Shown: one piece after another, positions 1 through 11,897 of the stretch | Numbering within the stretch: position 1 is the stretch's first letter | Layout of the letters: every line of letters begins with the position of its first letter | Origin: Anolis carolinensis | Lineage: Eukaryota | Length of the DNA: 64,000 bases | Direction of reading: 5' to 3' | Assembly: GCF_035594765.1 (NCBI RefSeq) | Contig: NC_085846.1 | Coordinates: 14,991,190 to 15,055,189 of the forward strand | Position numbers and translations under genes: made by a program | The notes under the pieces: model-generated | What the model was told of the DNA's origin: nothing | Databases searched by the model: none | What the model saw: the letters and a program-made list of their open reading frames with translations, nothing else

Positions 1-389
1 GTCTGATTTATTTAAATTTTTATTTTTCCGTTTCAGCTGGAACCTCACATCTTCTGACTATATATCCTCCAGCTGTTCCAATTTGGTGGGGGAAATTCCC
101 AATTAATCCTCTGCTGTCCCTCTTTGTCAGCTGCTTTTAAAATGTTCCAGTTTCTCTCTCCTCCCCCTTTGCCTACAACGTACTCCAATTGCTGGAAATA
201 GTTTTCAGAAGGGAGAGGAGAGGGAGCATTTCACATTTGCTAGACTCAGGCAAAAGCAAACTCATGCAACCTTTCTTTGTTTGCGTGGTTTCCCAAACAT
301 TTGGGAAGCTGCAATTTGTTCTGTTCAGTCAGGACAGCGGGATTAGAATTTAGACACCAAGGTTGTGGATATGATGCTTGACTTTAAAG

Positions 390-523
390 CAGGCTTGAGC
401 AAACTTCGGCCCTCCGGGTGTTTTGGACTTCAACTCCCACAATTCCTAACAGCCTGTCGGCTGTTAGGAATTGTGGAAGTTGAAGTCCAAAACATCCGGA
501 GGGCCAAAGTTTGCCCATGCCTG
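390..523. mobile_element. hAT-type palindromic MITE (CAGGCATGGGCAAACT family)
   Basis: Near-perfect inverted arms, degenerate 8-bp TSD ctttaaag/ttttaaaa. Confidence 0.85.
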
Positions 524-935
524 TTTTAAAATGTCCATTAACCTTTCCCCAACTCAGAGCCACAAGCACTGTTGGGTTGCAATTCCCATTATCCCCAGTT
601 CACAGGGCAGAATAATCAAATGTGATGGGAGTTGTTGCTCAATAATATCTGGGAATCAAAATTTGGTAAAACCTAAAGGGCACCGACCACTATATAAAGA
701 AAAAATAGAGTTGGTCCTCTGTATCCACAGATTCTTCATCCATAGATTCAACAGCCCTTTGAAGGCAACTATAAGGCTGATGTGGCCCTCTATGAAAATG
801 AGTTTGGCACCCTGTTTAAGAAGAATGAACTGGCAAAAAACATTTCTGAGTATTCCTTGCCTTAAAAAACTCTGAAATCCATGGGATCAGCATATAATGT
901 GAAGGCAAGGACTCACACAGAAGTCTTCCTATCTT

Positions 936-1408
936 TCAGGGAAGATGTTGACAAGCTGGAATGTGTCCAGAGGAGGGCAACTAAAATGATCAAGGGTCTG
1001 GAGAATAAGCCCTATGAGGAGCGGTTTAAAGAGCTGGCCATGTTTAGCCTGCAAAGGAAAAGGCTGAGTGGAGACATGATGAGTGCCATGTATAAAGATG
1101 TAAGGGGAAGTCATAGAGAGGAGGGAGCAAGCTTGTTTTTGGCTGCCCTGGAGACTAGGATGCAGAACAATGGCTTCAAACTACAGGAAAGGAGATTCCA
1201 CTTGAACATTAGGAAGAATTTCCTAACAGTGAGAGCTGTTCAGCAGGGGAACTCTCTGCTCCAGAGTATGGTGGAGGCTCCTTCTTTGGAGGCTTTTAAA
1301 CAGAGGCTGGATGGCCATCTGTTAGGGCTGCTTTGAATGCGATTTTCCTGCTTCTTGGCAGGTTGGACTGGATGGCCCATGAGGTCTCTTCCAATTCTAT
1401 GATTCTAT
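936..1408 (+). mobile_element. CR1 LINE 3' fragment
   Basis: RT C-terminus LECVQRRATKMIKGL...FKQRLDGHL and ATTCTATG tail. Confidence 0.92.
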
Positions 1409-4400
1409 TCAATTCAAGACTAAGGTAGAAATGATGATTTTAATCTCACAATTTCCCCTTTCTATCTCATGAATGGGCGATTGGCAATGAATATCAGGTG
1501 CTGTAGATTGTATTTCAGAGGCAAAACCACCTCTCGAGTATTCCTTGCCTAAGAAAACCTGTGAAATTCATGAGGCTGCTATAGGTCAGCAGGTGATTTA
1601 AGGACACACATATACACCAGTCCTTTTGCATTTCAATTCAAGGCAGAGGCAGAGATACCGTAACTTCAATTTCAACTTTCTCTGCTCTCTATCTTTTACA
1701 ACCCTTTTAGACAATTATTATCATATTTGTTTATACCCCACTTTTTCTGTCCACAAGGAGACTCAAAGTGGCTAAGGAAATGAATATGGTTATGTAAAAA
1801 AAAACCACATTTTGGTAGGTTTAACAAAAGGTATTGCTCTCATACAAATTTTTGAATATTATTTGAAACTGGAGAAACAAGAAACTGCCGAATTTTCTAC
1901 ATTTTAAAAAACATGAGATTGACTATTATATGTCACTTTGTCCTAGACATCGCCTGACAGCTACATACACCAAAACTAGCTTACTCCCACTCTCCATCAT
2001 AAGACTATAATGGAAGTTGTAATCCTGTTCCCACACCTGGGAGTAAATTTCATTATACTCAGTGTGGTTTAGAAAATGAGGAATCCAGGTGGGGCTGGTT
2101 TCACCATTCCCCCATTTTAGGACTTTCTCCTCCATAATTTTTCTATTAATAGACTGGAGATGGAGTGGGGGGGGGGGAATAGAAAATTGTATCAAATGTT
2201 TTAATTTTGGAATTGAATGAAATGCTTTAAAATATTCTAGTATGTAAGGTAGTCAGTTAAATGAAGTTTAAAGACGTTGTAAGAATATTATATAAGGCGG
2301 GAATAGGAAACCTAAGTGCTTATTAAATTTTTTAGTCTTCAACTAAAGAACACCAACGGCATGCTGGCTAATACTGATAAGAATTGAAACCCTTAGCCAT
2401 AGGTTCTCCACTTCGTAGAACAGTGCACTCAAAGCAATTATGCTGTATCTTTGTATGCTTTTTTGGCTTTCACAAAACAATGCAAACTACTCGAAAATCT
2501 CAATGAAGTCAGTGAGATATTCTGTTAAGTAAAAGGAAGAGGCAAATTTTACCCTTTCAGATTTATGTTGAACTACAACTCTTACTATCTCTGGCTGTAT
2601 TAGGACTTCCAATACCATTTTGATAGCCAGATCCCCACCCAACAGTATGCTTTCGAGGCCACAATGCTATACATACTTACCAAGGAGTAGCTCACCCTCC
2701 AACAATTCCAATGTCCCATTTTCTTACCAGCTTTTTAAATTTGCAATTTTTTCTCTCTTCTTCCTGCATTCCCCTTTTGTCCTTAGACTACTTCATCTGT
2801 TACAAAGTTAATTCCAAATGCAGTAGTTTGCATCGAATTAACTCAAAAGGCAGAAGGGAAAGTTATTAGTGTGACAGAACACACAAGCCAGGAGAGGCTA
2901 CAGCAGTTTGTTTTTGCTTAAATCTACTGAGAAAGTAAGATTCCACCCCTCTTCATCTTCCTGCTAAGCTGAGTGCAAATTACTTTTGCACTTTGAACTC
3001 CGTTTTCAGCAATTGAAATAACCTGTGGACAATGTGAGACAACAGGAAGAGAAGGGAGAAACTAGAACATGTTAAAAGCCAGTGAAAAAGTGGGACAACA
3101 GAGGATTAATTTGGTCTTTACCAGCCAAACTGGAGCCCCTCCTACACTGCCCTAAATCCCAGGATCTGATCCCAGATTGTCTGCTTTGAACTGGATTATA
3201 TGAGTCTATACTGTATATAATCCAGGTCATAGATTTTATACGGCAGTGTAGAAGGGGGCTGGGACTATTGAAGAATATGCTTAATAGGAGTTACTATGTA
3301 ACTATATCTGGGGTACAGTTACTTACCTGTTATATGATTGTGCTTCCATGCTAATAGAGGCTAAAGAAACTAGAATGAGAACAGAGGCCAGAATTATTTT
3401 TGCACATCCTTTTTTCATAGAAAGAAGGCGACTGCCTCAGACAAGCAATTTTGGGTACCATGAAAGCATAGGTCATATGTAGTTATTTCCTTTATTATTA
3501 GTATTATTGTTGTTTTCATACTCCAAGGGAAATTGGTTATTGGGGATTTCTGCCTCTGGTGTCAAAATAAATCCAGTAGCCTTGGATAGCTATGCATCTG
3601 AAAGTGTGATTGCAATAGAGTTCTAGAGCCAGCCCTAACATTGGGCAGAATGAGAAAACCGCCTTATGCAGCAGTTACTGGGAAGGTGGAAAAAAGCAAA
3701 TAAATTTTGGAAGACAGCTGTGTATGAGCTGAGGAACCTAGCCTGAATCCTTCAAACTGCACATAGAAGTACGATTCTTTTCACATCTAGAACATCTTGT
3801 GTTCTTTTGTGCTTCATCTCAGGCAGCAAAATATTTTGGGTCAGCACTGGGTAAGCACTGCTCATAGGTGGCAAAATGTCTTGCACTTAGGAAAAAGTAG
3901 CATTTCCTGCTCTGCCTCCAGCAGCCAGAATGTCTTGAACCAACTCCACTGACAAAACAAATCCTCTGTGACAATGGACAGGTACGTTCTGGGGAAAAAC
4001 GAGAGGCAGAGAAGGGATCCCTGGGGTAAAATTGTTGTGAGCTGAAACTTTGCCGCATGGACGCTTTTTCTCGCCCCCGAGCAGGCTGCTGGCTTTTCTT
4101 CTCCTACAACCCCTTTTTCTGTACAGGTGCAGCCAAACACCATTAAGTCATGACTCGCTCCCAGAAAGTCTCGGAGTGCACACCATGGCAACTACGGTTT
4201 CTGCAGAGATAAATAGAGTATTGGGATAAAGATTTAAGAACTCAACGGAAGAATAAAAGAAACCATACAGAGGAGCTCAAGAACAGAAAGGCTTATTTTT
4301 AGGTAGAGTTGAATTGTATAAAAATATAGATTTTCCATTAGTATCCAAAGACAACTGTGCCATTTCTTTTTAATCTAATTGTTGTGAGTGCATATAGTAA

Positions 4401-4509
4401 GTTCTAGAGAGGGGTCTAGCTAAACACTTGGTACATTTCAAAGTTGAACAGGAAGCCCTTTTAGAGACTTTAATTTCTTTTTCTGGCAGATTCATTGTTT
4501 CCACCAATT

Positions 4510-4782
4510 TATTTTTTATTTTTTCGTGTCAGGAGCAACCGGAGTTGCTTCTGGAGTGAGAGAATTGGCCATCTGCAAGGACGTTGCCCAGGGGATGCCC
4601 GGATGTTTTGATGTTTTACCATCCTTGTGGGAGGCTTCTCTCATGTCCCCACATGGAGCTGGAGCTGATAGAGGGAGCTCATCCACACTCTCCCCAGGTG
4701 GGATTCGAACCTGGCAGCTTTCAAGTCAGCAACCCAACCTTCAAGTCACAAGGCTTTTATCCCCTAGGCCATCGGGGGCTCC
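4510..4782 (-). mobile_element. tRNA-derived SINE (Anolis-type)
   Basis: On - strand: A box TGGCCTAGGGG, B box GGTTCGAATCC, A-rich tail. Confidence 0.8.
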
Positions 4783-6609
4783 ACCAAATTAGACCATGTC
4801 TAAAAGCTTGGAAATCTCACATCCCATTTACAATCCAAAGTGGTTCCGCTAAAACTTTCCTTCTGCACAGGTGCCGCTAAAAATTTCCTTCTGCACAGTT
4901 TGACATAGCCTGACTTCTGGAGAACATCTTTCAACCAGAAGGCCAAACTCAATTTCTGAGGCACATCTACACTGTAGAATTAATGCAGTTTGATACTATT
5001 TTAGCTATCATGGTTCAGTGCTATAAAACCATGGTAGTTGTTGTTTGGCATAAAAGGCACTTTATGGCATAAAAAGCAAAAATGGAGGAGGAGGAAAAAG
5101 TCATCACCATTTAACTCGGTGACTGGGAATATATCCCCTGCTGTGTGTCAGGCATAGTGATAGTTGTGTAAGAAACACAATGAAGTTCAGTGATAAAATG
5201 CTTTGACTCACATGCAGGTGGTTACAAGTTTAGTGATCAGACGTCACGCACAATGCACAACCTTGTAATTGCAGGAAAAACAACTAGAGTCTCAAATCAT
5301 ACGTAGATTACCATTTGTATTTATAGCATAATTGCATTTATTATCTGTACACAACATTTTTATTTTGTTCTTCACCCAAAATACTAGCTCACAAATATCA
5401 GCAATGAGACAGAAGGTGCCCATAGACGCAATACAAAAAAATGGGACAGTGAGGGAGAAGGAGCAAAGTAATCTGGTTTACTTTATTACAAAGTTTGGAA
5501 AGTAGTAAAGTTTAGCAGGGCCTAAACAGTTGGTGATAGTTTCAGAGGCTGATCTACACGGTCCTATATCCCAGGATATGATCCCATATTATCTGCTTTG
5601 AACTGAATTATGAGTCTGAACTACCAGATAATCTGGGATCAAATCCTGGGATATAGGGCAGTGTGGAAGGGGCCAGAGTAGTGCCAAATGGTCATTGATC
5701 CAGTCACATCCCACAAGCAATAGTGAATGTGTGAGAGCTCCAGGTGCCAATTCAAGTTCAAATCTGAGAAATGCACACACTCCTGTATAGGAATGTATGT
5801 TTATAATAAGGGGGGGACACCATCATGGTGGACCCGTGGTCTTCAAATGAGTGGAAATGGAGGGGGGCAAGCAAATGTCCTACCTGAATTAAGAGATGAG
5901 TGGGAAACCTGCAAAACAACTTCTCTAGCTTTGAATTTATTGCCACCAGTATATATTGCTAATGGAATAAACATTGCTAATGCACAGAAACTACAATTAT
6001 AGCATAGAATAATTGATGATTGGAAGAAAAATGCAGAATATTGAAGAACTCATGTCAGGACAATGGATGGAGGAGTGTGCCATGTACCTGAACCAGACAT
6101 TGCAGTGCAGAGTGACGAATAAGCAGTATACTTTGCTTTCAATCAGTAGCTTAGTACAGTTGCTTCGTACAGTTGAATGGCAGAAGCATTTCAGATAGGC
6201 AACTTTCTGAGCCCAACAGAAAGATGTTCAAGAATCTTGAAAGATGTTTAAGATTCAACCTGGCACCTTTAGCAGATAAAGCAAATGCTTTACCACGGCT
6301 CTTTTTCAAGACAGATGATCTGATAATCTCAGCCTGTATAAAATAAGGCAATTACACATATGGTGATAATAGAAAGCATGTGTATCTGTGAGTGGCTGTA
6401 GGACAATGCTGCTATTTCTGTTTATTTGAGATCACTACTTTGGAGTAAATGGGCCAAATGCTGCAGTCAAGCAACTGACAGAGCTAGCTTCCAATCCACC
6501 TGTATGTCTCTTCTCCTCTAAGACAGCTTCCAGAACTGGAAGGCCCATTAGGCCATAGTCTCTGTTGGCTCTGTGGGATCTTGCTCCTCAAGGATCTCCA
6601 TCCTATGGT

Positions 6610-6740
6610 TCAGTTCTCCTCTTGCACCTCAGTCCAACATGCATCGACTATGAAGAACAATGCCAATAAAAGGACGCTGACTCCAAGCCCAAGCTGCAGT
6701 GAATTAGCTGTGGTGAAATCAGTGCTTTCAGTATGTGAAG
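6610..6740 (-). CDS. OSCAR-like transmembrane and short cytoplasmic exon
   Basis: ASHTESTDFTTANSLQLGLGVSVLLLALFFIVDACWTEVQEEN*; matches the LRC DYTxxNLxRLGL motif; AATAAA on - strand at 6421-6426. Confidence 0.82.
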
Positions 6741-9700
6741 CTTTGGAGAAATGAAAACATAAATATCAGCATGAGAAGAATGCTCTTATCAATGGTTCTA
6801 AATAGCAAGCAAAATATTTTTAAATGTTTTATTTATCACTAAAGGTGCTTTCAGACACAAAGTTGCTGATACCGTGTTTCCCCTAAAATAAGACAGTGTC
6901 TTATATTAATTTTTGCTCCCAAAGATGCTCTAGGTCTTATTTTCAGGGGATGTCTTATTTTTTCATGAAGAATTCGCATTTATTGTTGAACAAAAAAATT
7001 GAACATTTATTATATACTGTACAGTAGTTGTCATCACAAACCAGCATAACCAGACAAACTGAATCCTATCAAGAATTTCTTGTTACTACCATTATTTCCA
7101 TGTACACTACCCTATGGTACGTACATTTACTGATCCTTCATGCTCTGGTGTTCTGTTCAGCAGACATGCTTCCAAACAAAAACTTTGCTAGGTCTTACTT
7201 TCGGGGGAGGCCTTATATTTAGCAATTCAGCAAAACCTCTACTAGGTCTTATTTTCTGGGGATGTCTTATTTTAGGGGAAACAGGGTACTACTAGTAATT
7301 TGCTTCAAAAGCTTACGGAACAAAATCTATTTTATGCTTTGGAGTTGGCCCAATACAAGTATTGCTATCTGTGTGTTTGTATTTTGTTGTACAACCAACA
7401 CAGCTACCACTGAATATATTTTGTTTCTCAAATGCAGGTTTTGCCTCTAGCAATGTGTTGGGGAATTTGTTTTACAGGAGAACTATGCCTCCTTGAGGAT
7501 TCTACAGGCACAATTCTCCCCCTTTGGCCAAAATAAATAGGGATGAAAGGCAGGGGGCTGACAAAAACTTACATATGAGACCCTATGATTCTGACCATTA
7601 ACCTATTACCCCCAGCTAAATGCACCTTCCGTATTCCATCCTCGTTTTACTCCTACCTGCTTTTCCATGTTTTAAACTTCTTGGGAACACACCCTCCCCT
7701 TGCCAGTATTGCACATAGATGGCATGATATAATTTTACTACTTTCATTTTACACTTCTCTCATCCTCTTTGGGCTCACCTTCTGTCCACACTTCAGTATG
7801 GTTGAGTGGATATGCTCCATATTGGCACATTAGCTCTCCCTGGGTGGTATTGAGTGCCTCTTCTGTGAGATTGAAGCTTGCCTCTGTCCTATCTTGCCAA
7901 ACCTTGGTTTCAGCAATGAGCTGTTTGCCCTGGTAAAGATAGAACCAGCCTCCAGGACTGGAGGGCACTGAGCAGTTCACTCGATATCTTCCTGCAGAAT
8001 CCACCAACACTTCCTGGTAGCTGGGGACTTTGGATGCCTCTGGAAAAGACAAGAGCAGAACTGTTAAGGAACAAAACTAAAATGTCGCAGCTTAGGAGTA
8101 CTGTAATTTACAAATGTCCATGTTTTCTTTTTTCTTTCCAAAGGAAAGTTTATAGTCCTCATTATCACAAATATGTTAAACAGTATTTGAGCTTTGAGAC
8201 CTATGTTACACTGGTTTGGGTTTTGCCATGTGCTGAACACTATGCTAATGTGTAGGGTAACCCTGCTGTTGCCTTGCCCCATTTCACAGATTTTCAGGGC
8301 TCTCGCCAACACTTTTTGGGTTGTTCACCATTTTATATAAGGCGTGCTGTTTTACTGCACCATTATACAGTATATAACGGAACTTGAGCAAAAAAGGCAA
8401 CTTTCTTTTTTTTTTAATAGTTTTTATTAAGATTCAACAGTGTAATAAAATCATAGTTACAGGGGAGGGAAAGATTGCAATAGTGGGGAAATGAGAGAAA
8501 GGAAGAAAAGAAGAAGAAGAAAAAGGGGGGAAGGAAGGAAGAAAGAAAAAGGAGTGAGGGGAGGGGAAAGGAAAGAGGTAGTGGGGACAGAAGGAGGGAT
8601 AGTCCAAGATAATAAGGGAAAGGGTTTGTACTACCATTCTTCTTCTTTGCAATCCATCTGGAATATTACAAACATTCCATTCTATTTGTTTGTTATTTGC
8701 TATTTCTTTTATTCCGTCCTTCCCATTCGTTCTCCTTTATTCCGGAGCTTTCTTACTTTGTCCTTTTCTTTCTACCTATTTTTGTACTTCTATCAATTCT
8801 TTGTCTTTTACTTTCTCATATATTCTATAACCGGTCTCCAGTCTGTATCCTTTAAGGCAACTTTCACAAGTTTCCCAAGACATTCTGCTGCCTGAAGCAA
8901 AGAAGCAGATGTCACGTCCTCTCCCATTCTGCATACAGAAACTGACTAGATTCCCCTATGAATAATGGCAATCAATAGCATTCTTAATTTCCCTTGGTGG
9001 CAGTAAACGAGTTTATGAGACTAGGAAAAGTAATCTGGTGATCTGTTTTGCAAACAGAAACGACTGGCTGAAAAGACAAAGAAAAATGACAAACATTGCT
9101 ACCTCTTTACTCCTCACTCCAGCATCTGCCTCTTGAGGTGGTTGCCTCACTCTGCCTAATGATAATGCCAGTTTGGCACCCAAAATTTCTCATGCATGTT
9201 CTTACCAATGACTGTCAGCTGTGCTGCATCACTGGCATTTGACCAGATGACCGGCTCCGTCGTGCTGTGGTAATAGCAGGTGTATCGGCCTGCATCAGCC
9301 ATAGTGACATTATTTAAGAAGAATTCAGCGACGCTGGAGTCTCCCCGGGGAGTGATCTCCATCCGAAACTCCCTGGACTGGTAGAGGACAAAGTTTACCC
9401 CTGGAGATGGAGCCCAACAACGGATAATCCAGTCCTGCCCTACAAATAACTCATTTCCAGGACTTACAGCAATAAATGGCTTGGGATAATGATCTGAAAG
9501 AAGGGAAGAAAACAAATTCTCTTGAGTTCCACATCTTATTCTCTAGCAGCTTACCTTGGTTATTACTATTGTCCCTACAGTATTAATATACCCCACACAC
9601 AAAAACAAAACAATTAAATGGTCTTGTAAGTAACTACTATTTGTTTAGCTTATATTCCACCTTTCTCACCTTGTGGAACACGGTGCAGTTTGCAAAATAA

Positions 9701-11897
9701 GTTAAAACAACCACTCACCCTCTGTAATGTTTGCTGGGCTGCTGAGTGGAGAGTAAATGGCTTTGCCTGCCTCCTGGATCTCATAGCTGCAGCAAAATTG
9801 CTCACCTGGAGCAAATGCATGGACTGCAAACATTACTTTGGATTGTGAGGGCAAGGCTTTCTTTTCAGCAATGGGCTCTAGGTCACTTCCTTTGTACAGG
9901 TAGAACCAGCTGCCTGCATATTCCTCCTGAGTGACACATAGAAAGTGATGGTGCTTCCCTTCAGCATCCACAGTCTGATGCCAGAAGATGGATGGCTTTG
10001 GAAGGACTGGAAAAGAGAGAGACACTGGTATGGGAACTGGAAAACCATATCTCAAAAAAGAGGACAATGTCTGACAAAGTGAAGGACACTAGAGAAAGAG
10101 GAAGACCTCATTCTAGATTATTGTCTCAGTCTGGGAAGCAGCAGTCCTAGGTTTGCAAGACCTGAGCAGGGTGGTTGCAGATGGGTGGATATAGAGACCT
10201 CTCACTTATAGGATTATTATAGATCAAAGTTGACGTGAAGGTAGATACAATAAAGTTCTAAGTTATTTGGAATAGACCCTTCTCTCTGTCTCACGGTCTC
10301 CTGAAGCTTGTTTGGTAGCCTCTGGAAAGACGGTATTCTTGATGGTTGCTCCCAAGGAGGCCAGGATGGATTCCTCTTTGCTTTTCTTCCATTGGCAAGT
10401 AAAAACATTCCTATTCTATCAAATTTTAGGACCTGACTGTGATAGGCTTTTAATCCTCTTCTGTTGGTTTTTTTTAATTGGCTATTAATTAATGTACATG
10501 GTTAAATTCTGAAATGGTTTTTAAATACATTATTTATATATTTTGCGGATGCTTTTGTAGGCTTTTAAATTTGTACAGGTTTTATTACAGTCCAACCTCT
10601 ATATCAGTGGTTCTCAGCCTGTGGATCCCCAGGTGTTTTCACCTATAACTCCCAGAAATCCCAGCCAGTTTACCAGCTGTTAGGATTTCTGGGAGTTGAA
10701 GGCCAAAACATCTGGGGACCCACAGGTTGAGAACCACTACTCTATATCCTTAGGAGATACGTCCAAATTGTACAATCAGGAAACCATAAATAGCAAAATG
10801 AAATCGATGATTTATGACAGTCTCAATTTAGTTATCATCACTTCTAGTGAGAGTTCAGGTTCAGTTTGTTCTAAGACCCATTAATTTGTCATTTTAGCAC
10901 TTAAGCGGCTGAGGGGGGAAAGGGCCTGAGGCTGTTAGGAATTGTGGGAGTCCAAAACACCTGGAGGGCCAAAGTTTGCCCATGCCTTGGTTAAGCTGTC
11001 AAAGCCAGGGTCAGGGTGGATAATGTTTATGTCTTCCCACATTCAGATTTGTAAAATCACAACCCCACTTTTTTATCCAGAGTGTGAAAACTTTCTAAAA
11101 TACTTTCTGTAGGAGGTAGCTTTCATTTACAGAGCTCAAAAAGATACAGTTAATTAATTACAGTTCCTGTACTTGCAGTTATTTTTAAAGTAGTTTGAGT
11201 GTCCGACGACAACTCTGGGGAACTGGGGTTTAGAGCTCTCCAGGGCCATGCAACCAACTAGGTTACCTTGGGCAGGTCACACTCTCTCAGCCTCAGATTA
11301 AGGCAATGGCAAATCTCCTCTGAACAGATCTTGCCAAGATCTGTGATAGATTTGCCATGGGATCATCATAAGTTGGAAACTACTTGAAGGAACACAACAC
11401 AAACAACAGGGAAACTGACATCACTATATTCTAAAAATAACCAAAATAGAGTTATATATATTTCACAAAGATTCATTTTTACCAGGTTAAAATGATAATG
11501 CTAATAGGATAATTCTGGATCATAAGGAGCCAATATGGTGTAGTGATTTGAGCACTGGACTATGACTCCAGGAGACAAGGTTTCGAATTCCTGCTCAGCC
11601 ATAGAAACCTAGGAGGTGACCTTGAGGAAGTCACATCCTCTCAGCCTCAGAAGAAGCAAAGGCAAACCCTTAACAAATCTTTCAGAGAAAACCCTGTGAT
11701 AGACTCACCATACATTGGAAATGATTTAAAGGACAACAACAATAACACAATGTAACTGTACCTTAGACATTGCAAAAAAGATATCAATTGCAAGTAACAT
11801 GTCATTTGCTACTAGTTACTTCCAGGTTTGGTGCTCCAACAAGAGCCAAACAGTACTCACTTATAGTAAGAAGTAAGACAGGAAGGGTAACAGGCAT
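6610..11897 (-). CDS. OSCAR-like / LRC-type Ig-superfamily type I membrane receptor, 3 Ig domains, 343 aa (multi-exon span)
   Basis: Join complement(11861-11897,10295-10321,9719-10006,9206-9493,7779-8039,6610-6740) = 1032 nt open frame, all phase-1 GT-AG introns. Split signal peptide MPVTLPVLLLTI/KATKQASGD, three Cys-pair Ig exons, TM exon DFTTANSLQLGLGVSVLLLALFFIVDACW. Same position and orientation as OSCAR next to NDUFA3 in human. Confidence 0.85.
6872..7286. mobile_element. Non-autonomous Tc1/mariner-type DNA transposon
   Basis: TIR CCGTGTTTCCCCTAAAATAAGACA at both ends, TA TSD, internal subterminal repeats. Confidence 0.85.
7779..8039 (-). CDS. OSCAR-like Ig domain D3 exon (divergent)
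   Basis: 261 nt, VNC...GGWFYLYQG...ASFNL...GELMCQY, ttttccag/gtgag. Confidence 0.82.
8406..8853 (-). mobile_element. 5'-truncated L1-type LINE in OSCAR-like intron
   Basis: Poly(A) plus AATAAA on - strand, ORF2-like end KDTDWRPVIEYMRK*, 12-bp TSD AAGGCAACTTTC (8394-8405 / 8854-8865). Confidence 0.75.
9206..9493 (-). CDS. OSCAR-like Ig domain D2 exon
   Basis: 288 nt, YPKPFI...IRC...FVLY...AEFFLNNVT..DAGRYTCYY...WSNASD; canonical C2-type LRC domain resembling OSCAR D1. Confidence 0.92.
9719..10006 (-). CDS. OSCAR-like Ig domain D1 exon
   Basis: 288 nt, LPKPSI...FLC...WFYLYKG...FCCSY...SPLSSP, ttttccag/gtgagt. Confidence 0.88.
10295..10321 (-). CDS. OSCAR-like exon 2 (27-nt signal peptide mini-exon, KATKQASGD)
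   Basis: tctttccag|...|gtgaga, phase 1-1, supplies an A-S-G cleavage site; LRC genes have such a mini-exon. Confidence 0.6.
10605..10739. mobile_element. hAT-Charlie-type MITE (CAGTGGTTCTCAACCT family)
   Basis: Palindromic, perfect TSD CTCTATAT. Confidence 0.88.
11526..11746 (+). mobile_element. tRNA-derived SINE (Squam3-like)
   Basis: A/B boxes, GACCTTG...GTCAC core, (CAA)n tail; related pieces at 11250-11405, 35117-35298, 62600-62790. Confidence 0.65.
11861..11897 (-). CDS. OSCAR-like exon 1 (signal peptide part 1, MPVTLPVLLLTI)
   Basis: 37-nt ATG exon with hydrophobic codons, ending A|GTGAGT; typical LRC first exon. Confidence 0.75.

Noticed and set aside
881-1336. 151-aa ORF
   Set aside because: C-terminal remnant of CR1 reverse transcriptase, not a host gene
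4690-4782. tRNA-like A and B boxes
   Set aside because: SINE head; no cloverleaf, so not a tRNA gene
8491-8895. 134-aa basic/hydrophobic ORF
   Set aside because: Antisense reading of the low-complexity L1 3'UTR
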